Below, in pieces: positions 38,101 through 52,100 of a stretch of 64,000 bases of DNA. How positions within the stretch are numbered: position 1 is the stretch's first letter; each line of letters starts with the position of its first letter. The position numbers and the translations under genes were made by a program. The notes under the pieces were generated by a model that worked only from the letters and a program-made list of their open reading frames with translations, searched no databases and was not told where the DNA came from. Source of the stretch: Octopus vulgaris (Eukaryota); assembly GCA_951406725.2 (NCBI GenBank), contig OX597833.1, positions 61,690,001 through 61,754,000 on the forward strand, given 5' to 3'.

Positions 38101-41100
38101 CTTGTCAGTGGAATTTAGTGGAGCAGAACCTATGTGGAAGTGTGTGAGTGTGTGTAACCCTTTTGGTATCAACCCGCCTGAAACCACCTCTGGCTCTGTA
38201 GGACAAATGTTTTGTTTCCAAAAGTTCTGAATAAAATCTTCCACCAAACCTTAGTCACAATTTATGTTCCTAACACTAGCTGAATGATAACTAAGTTATT
38301 TTACTAAATTCTTTCTTATATTTAAAGTAATTGAAAGAAACACAAAGCATCTCAAAATAAATACAATAATGAAAGGGTTAAAATATATAATAGAGAAACA
38401 ATTCTTAACCCTTTTGATACCAGCCTGGCTGAAACCACCTCTGGCTCTGTAAGACAAATGTCTTGTTTCCAAAAGTTATGAATTAAAATCTTCCACCAAA
38501 CCTTAGTCACAAATATATGTTCCTAACACTAGCTTAATGATAACTAAGTTATTTTACTAAATTTTTCGTTATATCTAAAATTAATTGAAAGAAACACAGA
38601 GCATCTCAACAGAAATATAGTAACAAAAGGGTTAATTAAAACTGATAAATATGGGGTCAGTTTAGGAAATGTCTTTACATAGTAATATTTCAATTACTTA
38701 TAACAAGAGAGAAATATGTTGTATTAAATCTCTGAGCAAGAGAAAAACAATAACAGTACAGAATTGTAAAATATATTTGCCAACGAAATGTGGCGGTCCT
38801 TTAGAGGACAGTGCTACTGTTGTTTCTAGCACCAGGACGACATCCGTACTGTTACTGTTTATCTCTCGCTCAGAGATTCAGTATAATGAATCTCTCTCTT
38901 TTACAAGTTCAGCAACAGTGTGTCGCTAGGAAAAGGTTGTAGTATTATGTGTGTGGAATGAGTTCTTCATCACTAGCCAGAGATTAACACACACTGAAGA
39001 TGGGTAACCACTCAGAAACCTGGGTCTGTGTGTATCACGTAAGGCTAGAGATGGGAGTGATGATCTCCCTTGCAAATGTTAATTGGATATAGACTGTGTG
39101 TTGTTGGCCAGCTAGAAGAGATGTCTTCCTGGGGCTAAAAACAACAGTAGCACCGTCCTCTATAAGACTGCCACATTTAGTTGGCAAATATATTTTATTT
39201 ATAACAATTTGTCCAAAACATTTTATACAAATTAGAAGGGAAATGTATATTTAAAAATTTTTAATTCTAAGAAAAAATATTTCATATAATGCTAATGATT
39301 TAAATAAAATCTTATTTTCAAGCAGTGTATGAGCTGATCTATATACATATATATTTTAATGGATAAGCTAGTATAGATGTTCTAATATATATATTTTTAT
39401 TGATAGTTAGTATATATGTTCTTTAAATAATACTGTTAATATATTGTGCTTTAACCCTTTCATTACCACCCGGCCGAAACCGCCTCTGGCTCTGTAGTAC
39501 AAATGTCTTGTTTTCTTAAGTTTTGAATTAAAATTTTCCACCAAACTTTAGTCACAATTTACATCACTAACACTAGCTTAATGATAACTAAGTTATTTTT
39601 CTAAATTCTTTGTTATATCTAAAATAATTGAAAGAAACAAAGCATCTTAAAATAAATATGGTAATGAAAGGGTTAAAAGTAATTCTGTTAATATATTGTG
39701 CTTTAAACATGTATTTCTTTTTCTAGGGTCAAATGAGTGTGTCCCCTATGGCTTATGCTCATTTTACTCATATGCTGTCTACCTTAGCCAATGGGAAAAT
39801 TTGTACTATTCTCGAGGTAAGTAACAGTGTTTCATAGCCTTCCATCTCTTTCTCTCTCCCCACCTCTCTCACTCTCTCTGTGCTCCCTCTCTAAATACCA
39901 GTAATTATTCATTGTTTCAGGGTGGTTACTGTCTGAAATCTCTGGCCGAAGGTGTGGCCTATTCCATAAAGAGTCTTTTAGGTGACCCTTGCCCTGATTT
40001 GGGACCACTGGCGCCTCCTTCAGACAGGTAAACTTTACTTCGAATATTCCTACTCTTCAAATCAGGTCATCATCGCCACCGCCATCGTCATCATCATCAT
40101 CATCATCATCATTGTCAGACCTATGATCAAATGTATTTCAGCAGCAGCTATCAAATCCTTTATTCTGGTATAGTGTATCTAGGACTACGTCATTTAATGT
40201 AGCCTTCCTTGGACTACATTATCTAATCTTGATCTGGCAAAGTTTCTACAGCTGGATGCCCTTCCTAACGCCAACCACTCCGTGAGTGTAGTGGGTGCTT
40301 TTACGTGCCACTTACACAGGAGCCAGTCAGCTGGTACTGGCAACGCCCACGCTCGAATGTTTTTTCCTGTGCTACCAGCACAAATGCCAGTAAGGCAACG
40401 CTGGTAACGATCACGCTATCTTAAACAAAAAGGGGCACACTTATTGATGTAGTCCTTGATACACTATGTATATCATGACTGGAACACCTAAGGAGCCTTC
40501 AGATAACATAACCCTAGATACACAGTGTCTGGATGAATGTGAGGATGGTCACAGTTGGAGCACTTTGATCATAGATCTCCCAAATCACGACCGACCTGGG
40601 GCTAAAAACCACTGCAACATCAATAACTGCCGACTCAACACATCATGCTAGAAATAGCAGCTGCAGTCTGTCTCAAACCACAGATGTTACCCTTACATTT
40701 TTCTGTTACAGTGTAGCTGAGAGTATCTTGAATGTCATCAAAGTACACCGGAACTATTGGTCCCGACTGCGGCACCAGAGTTATGGGCAACACCCTGATG
40801 AGTGTGCCTACCCTGATCTTTGGACTATGCCACCCAAGTAAGATTTAATTTCCATTTTATAATTTTTTTTTTTGATGTGGTAAGGGACATTTGTCCTGTT
40901 TTAGTCTGGTCTCTAATTTTTTTCTGTCATCCACTCTTCTCTTCTCACCTCTCTCCCTCGACCCCTCCCTCTCTATCAACACCTCCTCTCTCTCTCTCAA
41001 CTCTCCCTTTCTCCCACCTCCCTCTCTCTCTCTCTCAACCTTCCTCTCCCACCTTCCTCTGTCTCAACCCTCTCTCTCTCTCCCATCTTCCTCTGTCTCT

Positions 41101-44100
41101 CCCAACCCCCTTCCTTTCTCTCAATCCCTTCCCTCTGTCACTCTCAACCCTTCCAGCTCTCACCTCCCTTCCTTCCTCCCCTTGCACTTCCTTACCCTCT
41201 CACTTGCCTCCTCTCTCCCTTCCCTCATCACACACCTCACCCTCTCACACCTTCTTCCTCTCTCTCACATTTCTCTCTCTCTCTCTCACCTTTCTCTTCT
41301 CTCTCACCTGTCTCCTCCCTCTCACCTTCCTCCTCTCTCTCACCTTCCTCCTCCCTCCCACCTTCCTCCTCCCTCTCACCTTCCTCCTCTCTCTCACCTT
41401 CCTCCTCCGCCTCACCTTCCTCCTCTCTCTCACCTTCCTCCTCTCTCTCACCGCTTTCCCCCCCGCTCATCTCCCCGCCTCTCTCTCTTTCACAATTTGA
41501 CAAAATTATCTCCCTTTGATAAAAAACGAGAATGTCACATACCCTTATTATTGAAATTTAGTTAAAAAGAAAACAAGGATACAACATACAAACACATACA
41601 GATACATACAGACACATACAGATACATACAAACACATACAGATACATACAGACACATACAAACACATACAGATACACATACATACAAACACATACAGATA
41701 CATACAGACACATACAAACACATACAGATACATACAGACACATACAGACACATACAAACACATACAGATACATACAGACACATACAAACACATACAGATA
41801 CATACAAACACATACAGATACATACAGACACATACAAACACATACAGATACATACAGATACATACAAACACATACCAAATATATTGTAATGTCAAATACA
41901 TTTTTTGAAAATATTATTTTTTTTACTTTCAGAGAAGGAATCATATTTTGTACAGAAGAGAACCAACCTGATGTCCATATTTTGACCAATGAGACACTTC
42001 CGTTAGAAGAGGTGGAAATGTGTGACAAACAGCTGAATGAAATGATTCAGTCACAGCCCACAGACGTCCCCACCATAAGGTAGGCAGGTTTATGAACTGG
42101 TCTTTACTCCTGGATGCTTTCTCACAAGACTAGAGATTTACTATAAGAAGGCGCATGGCTCTGTGGTTAGAGCATCGGGTTTACAGTCGTGAGATTGTGA
42201 GTTCGATGTCACGGACCATGGTTATGTTATCTGATGGGTCCTTAGGTGTTCCAGTCATGATACACATAGTGTATCAAGGACTACATCGATAAATGTGCCC
42301 TTCTTTATTTAAGCTAGCATGATCGTTACCAGTGTCGCCTTACTGGCACTTGTGCCGGTGGCACGTGAAAAAACATTCGAGTGAGGTCGTTGCCGCTGGA
42401 CTGGCTCCTGTGCAGGTGGCACGTAAAAACACCATTTGTGCATGGCCATTGCCAGTGCCGCCTGACTGGCCCACGTGTTGGTCGCACTTCATTTCACATT
42501 GCTCCAGTTTACTAGAGTTGTAGAAATGATTTACATCGTCACTGGTGCCAAGCTGTATCGGCCCCTTTGTCTTTCCCTTGGATGATATAGGTGGCGTGGA
42601 GAAGGGAGGCCGGTATGCATGGGCGACTACTGGTCTTCCATAAGCAGCCATGCCTGGACTTGTGCCTCGGAGGGGAACTTTCTGTGTGTAATCCCATGGT
42701 CATTCATTACTCTTTTACTATATAGTTACTACAGAACTACTACTACTACTACTACTACTGCTGCTGCTGCTACTACTACTACTACTACTACTACTACTAT
42801 TGCTGCTGCTGTTACAACAATATCTCCCATCACCATATCCAAAATCACTACCACCACTGTCACCATGACAACCATCATCTTCATCATCAACACCGTCAAC
42901 ACCAACACAACTACCATCAGCATCAACATCAACACCAATACAACTACCATCAGCATCAGCATCACCACCACCACAAGTCACACACACACATGCACATGCA
43001 TATATAATCTTTTGAATGGGGAACCTTGAAGCAGATAAAGGTATAAATAATAGTCTGTAATTATTGGGTTTAAAAAATCCTTTTTGAGAGAAAAAAGTTG
43101 AAGGTTGCTCTTGGGAGTTGAACCCACACCCTCTGTAAACATGACTGGTGTTCTACCAATGGACCAAACCAATCCTTTGAATTTCTCTATCTTATGACAT
43201 CAACAATATGTGTGTGTTAAGGTGGTGAGCTGGCAGAAATGTTAGCACACTGGGCAAAATGCTTAGCAGTATTTCGTCTGTCTTTACGTTCTGAGTTCAA
43301 ATTCTGCTGAGGTCGACTTTGCCTTTCATCCTTTCGGGGTCAATAAATTAAGTACCAGTTGTGGACTGGGGTTGATCTAATTGACTGACCCCATCATCAT
43401 CATCATCATCGTCGTCGTTTAATGTCCGCTTTCCATACTAGCATGGGTTGGACGATTTGACTGAGGTCTGGCGAACCAGACTCCAATCTGATTTGACAGA
43501 GTTTCTACAGCTGGATGCCCTTCCTAACGCCAACCACTCCGAGAGTGGACCCTCCCCCAAAAGTTTGGGCCTTGTGCCTACAGTAGAAAAGAATATATGT
43601 GTTGGTGTTTGTGCTTGTTGCCACTTCATCATCTTCATTATCATTATCATCATTTAATGTCCATTTTCCATGCTGGCATGGGTTGGACAGTTTGACTGAA
43701 GCTGGTAAGACCAGGGGCCACATCAGACTCCTTTTCTGTTGCAGCATGGTTTCTACGGCTGGATGCCCTTCCTAATGCCAACCCCTCTCACAGAGTGAAC
43801 TGGATGCTTTTCATATGGCACCATCACCTACACCAATTCTGCTGTGGCAGACGAGTCTTCTTGACTTCTTCCAATGCTTGGCAAATGCTGGTTTGTTTTC
43901 ATCCTCATGACTTAGCAGTTTGGTAAAAAAGACTGATAGAATAAGTACTAGACTCATAAAAATTAAGTACTGGGGTTGGCTCGTTTGACTTAAAGCATTT
44001 CAAAATGGTGCTCCAGCATGGCCTTGCTCCAATGACTGAAACAATTGAAAAGATATTTACCAGTTCTTGTGACAAATCTTCAAACTCTTATCAGACTAGA

Positions 44101-45443
44101 ATCTCTTTTTTTAATTTCATTTTTGTTTCTTTTTTTTTAACATTTACTTATTTATTTATTTATTCTTTTCCTTTAAAATTTGTTTAATTAAATCTTTTTG
44201 TTAACGAATCTATTTTACAGAACTGCTGTTTGTTTCGATCCCAGCATGGAGACATTCAAAGACCTTTCTCACAAGTAAGTTTCCCCTTTTCTTCTTCTGA
44301 TCGACATTTTTTATTACCACTGCCACTGCCACCACCGCCGCTGCTTTGGTTGGCTCAGGACTACAACACTTGAACCTGAGACCATGTGGTTGTGAAACAA
44401 GTTTCAATAAAGTACCAGTGAAGTACTGAGTGGAGGGGGGTCTATAATTTTGGCTAACTCCTACCCCACCCCTTGAAAACTGCCTAAAGCTGCTCTTTTC
44501 AACATATAAATTAAAATGAAATGTTTTAATTTGAATATTTTAAAACAGGAAGTTTTAAAATGGAATCAGTAGTGATGGCCACATCTGAAAGTTTACCACA
44601 CCATAGTAGGTTACACCATGGTTCCTCTGCTTTGTGGCAGAAGTAGGAAGAAAGAGTGAGAGAAAGTTGTGGTCAAAGAGCACAGCTGGGTTCACCACCA
44701 CCCCGCGCCAGAGCCACGTGGAGCTTAGGTGTTTTTTCTCAATAAGCACTCACAATGCCCAGTCTGGGAATTGAAACCGCATTCTTATGACCGCGAGTCC
44801 GCTGCCCTAACCACTGGGCCATTGCGCCTCCACTGACACGGATAGAGGTGAAAGAGCACAGCTGGGTTCACCACCACCCCGCGCCAGAGCCTCGTGGAGC
44901 TTAGGTGTTTTTGCTCGATAAACACTCACAATGCCCAGTCTGGGAATCGAAACCTCGTTCTTATGACCGTGAGTTCGCTGCCCTAACCACTGGGCCATTG
45001 CGCCTCCACTGTTGTTGTTGCTGGTGTTGTTGTGTTTGTGGTTGTTGCTACTGCTGTTGTTGAATTAGCAGTAGTAGTAGTAGTAATAGTAGTAATAGTA
45101 GTAATAGTAGTAGTGGTAGTAGTGGTGGTGGTGGTTGTTGTCTTTTAATCTGGAGTGTTTTCCATTTTCGCCAGCCTTTGTCTGTTCACATAATTACCGG
45201 AAAGAGAAGCCAAACATGTGATGCCTTCGGGCATGTCTTGACCAGTTGACCACCACCTCCAACCACCTCCAGCCACCACCACCACCACCAAAACCCCACC
45301 AGTGACTACATGACCACCATCAATGACACCACTAACAACAGCAACAACAATAACCACAACAAAACACCACCACCACATAATGATAATAACAATAATAATA
45401 ATAAATAATGATAATAATAGTAATAGTAATAATAATAATAATA

Positions 45444-45512
<69 letters not shown>

Positions 45513-47184
45513 TAGTAATAATAATGATAATAATAGTAATAGTAATAATAATAATAATAAATAATGATAATTAATAATAATAATAAATAATGATGATGAT
45601 GATGATGATAATGATGATGATGGTGGTGGTGATGATGATGATGGTGGTGGTGGTGATGATGATGATGATGATGGTGGTGGTGATGATGGTGATGATGATG
45701 TCCACTTCCTCAATCAATCTGCACAGCTGCATTGTCTTTTTGTTTGATATTTATTTGTTTTGTTGTGTTTGTTTTATGCCAGTTGTTGTTTTTATTGCAG
45801 CTGTGTTCATTGATGCTAGCAGTGGCAGCAGTGGTGGTGGTGGTAGTGGTGGTGGTGGTGGTGGTGGTGGTGGTGGTGATGATGGCATAGAGATGATGAT
45901 GGTTTGTCAGTGATATTCTACTGGGGGGTGCTGACAATGATGATGAAGATGATGGTGATTGTGGTTGGTGGTGGTAGTGGTGGTGATGATGATGATGATG
46001 ATGATGATGGTGGTTGGTGGTGGTAGTGGTGTGGTGATGATGATGATGATAGTGATGAAAATGATGGTGATGGCGATGATTGTGGTTGGTGGTGGTAGTG
46101 GTGATGATGATGATGATGATGATGGTGATGATTGTGGTTGGTGGTGGTAGTGGTGATGATGATGATGATGATTGTGGTTGGTGGTGGTAGTGGTGTTGAT
46201 GATGATGATGATGATGATAATGATGATGATGAAGATGATGATTGTGGTTGGTGGTGGTAGTGATGATGATGATGATGATGGTTGGTGGTGGTGGTGGTGG
46301 TGATGATGATGATGATGATGATAATGATGATGATGAAGATGATTGTGGTTGGTGGTGGTAGTGATGATGATGATGATGATGATGATGATTGTGGTTGGTG
46401 GTGGTGGTGGTGGTGGTGATGATGATGATGAAGATGATGATTGGTTGGTGGTGGTGGTGGTGGTGATGATGGTGATGATGATGATGATTGTGGTTGGTGG
46501 TGGTAGTGATGATGATGATGATGATGATGATGGTGGTGATGATGATGATGATGAAGATGATGATTGGTTGGTGGTGGTGGTGATGATAATGATGATGATG
46601 ATGATGACAATGATTGTGGTTGGTGGTGGTAGTGATGGTGATGGTGATAATGGTGGGCTTTGTGGCCAGGAAGCAGTGCAACAGTTAATGTAACACTGAG
46701 ATTGCATCCTCATTACTGCTTCCGATGGTTTCTTCGTAAACACACACTCTCACGCACACGTGCACACACACACATGCATGTGTGTGCATGTGACTTAAAC
46801 ATGTCTTAAACCTTTGACCTCGGTTCCTGTCTTGTGAAGCACCATCATACTTAACCATTCTTATTGTAATACTTCAAGAATTCTTTCTAATATGGGTACA
46901 AGGCCAGCACTTTTGAAGTGGGTCGGTGGGTGGGTGGGTGGTGGATCGGTTGACACTTCTGACCCCAAAATTTCGCTGCTACTGTTTTTTATTGACCCAG
47001 AAAGGATAAAAAGCAAAGTCACTCCTGGTGGGATTTGAACTCAGAATTTAAAGAAATGGAACAAATATCACAAACCCTTTTGTCCGATGCTCTAACAATT
47101 CTGCCAATCCATATGCATATACATATATATGCATACATATACATACGTACATATATATGTATGCATGTATGTATATATATATAT

Positions 47185-47269
<85 letters not shown>

Positions 47270-48038
47270 TACATACACATACATATATATATATATATCT
47301 ATATATATATGAGAACTATAGGAGAACTACGGTTTACCAACCGAACCACCTGCTATCGTACAAACTTACAAAAGACTGTACTTACCCAGGTAATAACCAG
47401 GAGCGACTTTGGATTTAATTATCCCTTAGAGGTATTAAAGCCCTCTAGCTGATACCTACACTATATATATATATATTGTAGGTACGGGGCTCCGAAAGGG
47501 GTTTAAGAGAGTAGTGTCCTGCCTTCCTAAGCTAGTTTTCCACCACATTTCTTTAAAATCGTGGTAGAAGCCTTGTTCTTGGGACCACTCATGCCTAGAA
47601 ACTGAGGTTGGGGATAAGCATGGGCATGCTCCCTGTAGAAATTCCAGCTCCAATAAAGCCTCATGGTAGCAAGGGAGAATGGGCACCAGCCAGCCAGCCA
47701 GCCTAAAGGTTGGGGTGGGCTGCACCTGCCTGCCTCGGTTGCTATGGCATTGAAGGTAGATCCATAGATTCAGCCAGCCCTGTTAACAGGGACAAAACCT
47801 GTATTTAAAACATTGGATGATGATGATGATGAGGATGATAGTGATATATATATATATATATACCACACCATATACACACACTCCAGACACATACACACAT
47901 ATAATCTCATGTTTTTTTTTTTCATTCCAGATTGCAAGGTTTCTCCCGATTCCAAAAGTTATTGCCACGGTTACATGTAATTGAGGTAATGTTGATTCTT
48001 CTGTCTGTCTGTGTACACATACACACACACACACACAC

Positions 48039-48093
<55 letters not shown>

Positions 48094-48099
48094 TGTATG

Positions 48100-48140
<41 letters not shown>

Positions 48141-49143
48141 ACATATATATGCATGTGTATTTTTATATATATATTAATAGTAATATTATGACAACAAAAG
48201 AAAGAAAGAGTCCTCAATATTATGTAAATAGAGGAATTTATCTGTAAATATAATATGTGACAATTATTCAGTTGCCATAATAAAACTCTGAGTTTCAGAT
48301 GTCAGGGTGGAGCAGAGCAGATTTTTGCCCTGAGATCCGAAACTCAGAGGTTTATTATGGCAACCGAATAATTGTCACATATTATATTACAGATTATATT
48401 ATATTATATGTTTATTTATTTATTGAGCCTTGTCAGTGCAACAAGCTGGCCTCCGTGCCGATAGCATGTAAAAAGCACCATTCGAGCGTGATTGTTACCA
48501 GCGGCGCCCTACTGACACTTGTGCTGGTGACACATTAGAAAACATTCAAGTGTAGTCATTGCCAGTGCCGCTGGACTGATTCCTGTGCAGGTAGCACATA
48601 AAAAGTAGCATTTGAGCATAGCCATTGCCAGTACCATTGCCAGTACTGCCTGACTGGCCCTCGTGCCGGTAGCACGTAAAAGCACCCACTACACTCTCAG
48701 TGGTTGGCGTTAGGAAGGGCATCCAGCTGTAGAAACTCTGCCAGATCAGATTGGAGTTTGGTGCAGCCATCTGGTTTGCAATTCCTCAGTCAAATCGTCC
48801 AACCCATGCTAGCATGGAAAGCGGACGTTAAACGATGATGATGATGATATATATATATATATATAGATAATAAATTAATAAATAAATAAAACATATGCAT
48901 ATATACATACATATATGTACGTACCTACCTCTACATGTATATATATACATGCATATATGGGTACAGGACACTAATAAAACGTCGAACACAATGAGAAATG
49001 AAAACATAAAAACAAAACCAAAGAACTGGACATTTTTCTTAAACAACGAAAAAATAGAGTACAGGACAAATAACACAAGGAAAATTCCCCTTCTTCAGTC
49101 GCCTTTGTTTCATCTACTCCATGTTTCAAAGGTCAAGGCGATA

Positions 49144-49177
<34 letters not shown>

Positions 49178-52100
49178 TTTTTGTACTTGTTTCAGTCATT
49201 TTGACTGCGGCCATGCTGGAGCACCGCCTTTAGAGTGGTGAAAGAGTACAGCAGGGATCACCACCATCCCCTGCCGGAGCCTCGTGGAGCTTTTAGGTGT
49301 TTTCGCTCAATAAACACACACAACGCCCGGTCTGGGAATCGAAACCGCGATCCTCCGACCGCAAGTCCGCTGCCCTAACCACTGGGCCATTGCGCCTCGC
49401 AATGGCATATATATATATATATATTGCGCCTCCGCTGCTGCTGCTGCTGCTGTTGTTGTTGTTGTTAAACAACAAGACAGGTAAGGGTAATTAGGTGATG
49501 GTCTAGGGCTTAGGGGCAGGAGACCCCAGACCTTGAAAAAAAATATATATATATATAAAACATATATATATATATATATATATATGTAATTATATGTCAC
49601 ACCACACACACATGCACTTATCATCATTGTCATTCAATATCTGTGTTTCATTCTGGTATGGGTTGGATAGTCTGACAGGACCTGACAAGCCCCAGGGCTT
49701 CATTGGGTTCCATTGTCTGCTCTGACATGGTTTCTATGGCTGAATACCCTTTCTAATGCCAGCTACATTACAGAGTGCACTGGGTGTGTTTGACACTAGT
49801 AACATCACCAAGTAACCCGCAAGACCAGACCCCTTGACAGAGTAGGGGTTTAGTATTGAGAGAGGTGGCTTTGTGCCAAGTGTTGAGAGTCAGTCTGTCT
49901 GTCTGTCTCTGTCTGTTTGTCTCTCTCTCTCTCTCTTTCTCTCTCACACACACAGACATTTGTTATGTTCAGATTTGGTGAGTGATGGACTTTGCCATGT
50001 CTAGGTACATCAAATATACATCTTATATATGTCGTCACGGTGCCCCTATGACCCCATCAAGGAGATAAGGGTCCACCAAGATAAGCAAAATACCTTACAT
50101 ATTTTGTTTTCTTTTCCAGAACACTGACAATGCCTCTGAATTGGTTCATCCGATGATAGAACGGAAGGTAATTAGCCTGCATTTTTATATTTCAGAATTG
50201 TAAAAAGGATAAATTGTTCTCTTGTGACATAAACAACAGCAACTAGCATATTTTCATTTGAATATGTCAGAATGTTTACTCTTTTACTTGTTTCAGTCAT
50301 TTGACTGTGGCCATGCTGGAGCACCGCCTTTAGTCGAGCAAATCAACCCCAGGACTTTTTCTTTGTAAGCCTAGTACTTATTCTATTGGTCTCTTTTGCC
50401 AAACCGCTAAGTTACGGGGACGTAAACACACCAGCATCGGTTGTCAAATGATGTTGGGGAGACAAACACAGACACACAAACGTATACACACACACATACA
50501 CACACACACATATATATATATATACATATAACCGACGGGCTTCTTTCAGTTTCCGTCTACCAAATCCACTGACAAGACTTTGGTTGGCCTGAGGCTATAG
50601 TAGCAGACACTTGCTCAAGGTGCCATGCAGTGGGACTGAACCCAGAACCATGTGATTTATAAGCAAGCTACTTACCACATAGCCACTCCTACACTTATAT
50701 ATATATATGTATGTGTGTTTGTGTGTCTGTGTTTGTCTCCCCAACATCACTTGACAACCAATGCTGGTGTGTTTACGTCCCCGTAACTTAGCAGTTCAGC
50801 AAAAGAGACCGATAGGATAAGTACTAGGCTTACAAAGAATAAGTCCTGAGATCGATCTGCTCAACTAAAAGTCATGCTCCAGCATGGCCACAATCAAATG
50901 ACTGAAACAAATAAAAGAATAGCACTATAGGCCTGTGTAGAGGCAAAGAGGTCCTGGGACTTCTGGCTGACAAAACACGACATGTCAAACATATCCCAGA
51001 GTCCTTTGTACCAACAAGCCAAGTGTGTTATAAAGACCTTGTTGCCATACAAGGAAGAAATTGTTGTAACAGGCCACAGTGACTGACATATTTTCTTTTG
51101 GGTTTGCTTGAATGTCTTTAGAATAAACTGCAAATCATTGTTTTTCATTTCTAGTTCACTCGTAAAACATTACTTTGTGACATTGTGATATGAGTGCGAG
51201 ATTTTTGTTGTTGTTGTTGTTGTTACTGTTGCTGCTGCTGTCGCTATTGTTAATACTGCTACTTTTTCTGCTGCTGTTGTTGCTGCTGCTGCTTCTTTGT
51301 TTGTTTGTTTGTTGAGTGAAGCAGTCTTCGTCCCAGTAGTGGGAGAAGTCCGAAACGAGGCCCTTTGCTATTCGTAAGACCCGCAGAAGAGAAAGCAGGT
51401 CAACCCTCGACACGGAGAGCATCAACGGATGGATGAATGCGCATCCAGGCTCACCGGTTGCGTAGGAAGTCGGGGACAAGAAACAGGAAGAAAGAGTGAG
51501 AGAAAGTTGGAGCGAAAGAGTACAACAGGGGTCGCCACCACCCCCTGCCGGAGACTCATGGAGCTTTAGGTGTTTTCACTCAATAAACACATGTAACACC
51601 CGGTCTGGGAATCGAAACTGCGATCCTCCGACCGCGAGTCCGCTGTCCTAACCACTGGGCCATTGCGCCTCCACTGCTGCTGCTGCTGCTGTTGTTGTTG
51701 TTGTTAAACAACAAGACAGGTAAGGGTAATTAGGTGATGGTCTAGGGCTTAGGGGCAGGAGACCCCAGACCTTGAAAAAAAAATACTTTGGTCGTCTTGC
51801 TGTAGTCGAGGGTTCTTCGTTGATACCCAACACCACTGGGATGCGGCCCTCGAAGTCGCTGGAAATGGAAACCTCCAGGTCCAAATTCTTGAACTGCTGT
51901 TGTTGTTGTTGTTGCTCTGAGGCCAGATGTGGTTTTGTGGTTTGACAAGACCAAAAAACTGATCTCGATTGAGCTTACAGTCCCATGGGAAGAAGGGTGT
52001 GATTAGACCCATAAACCTATTCTTGTTGTTGCTGTTACTACTGATGATGTTGTACTTCTCTGAGACCTCCATGAGACAAAGTAGACCTTACCCCTGCACA

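Noticed and set aside
45710-46743. Long His/Thr/Ser-rich ORFs (up to 323 aa)
   Set aside because: Trinucleotide microsatellite artefacts on the antisense strand of an intron.
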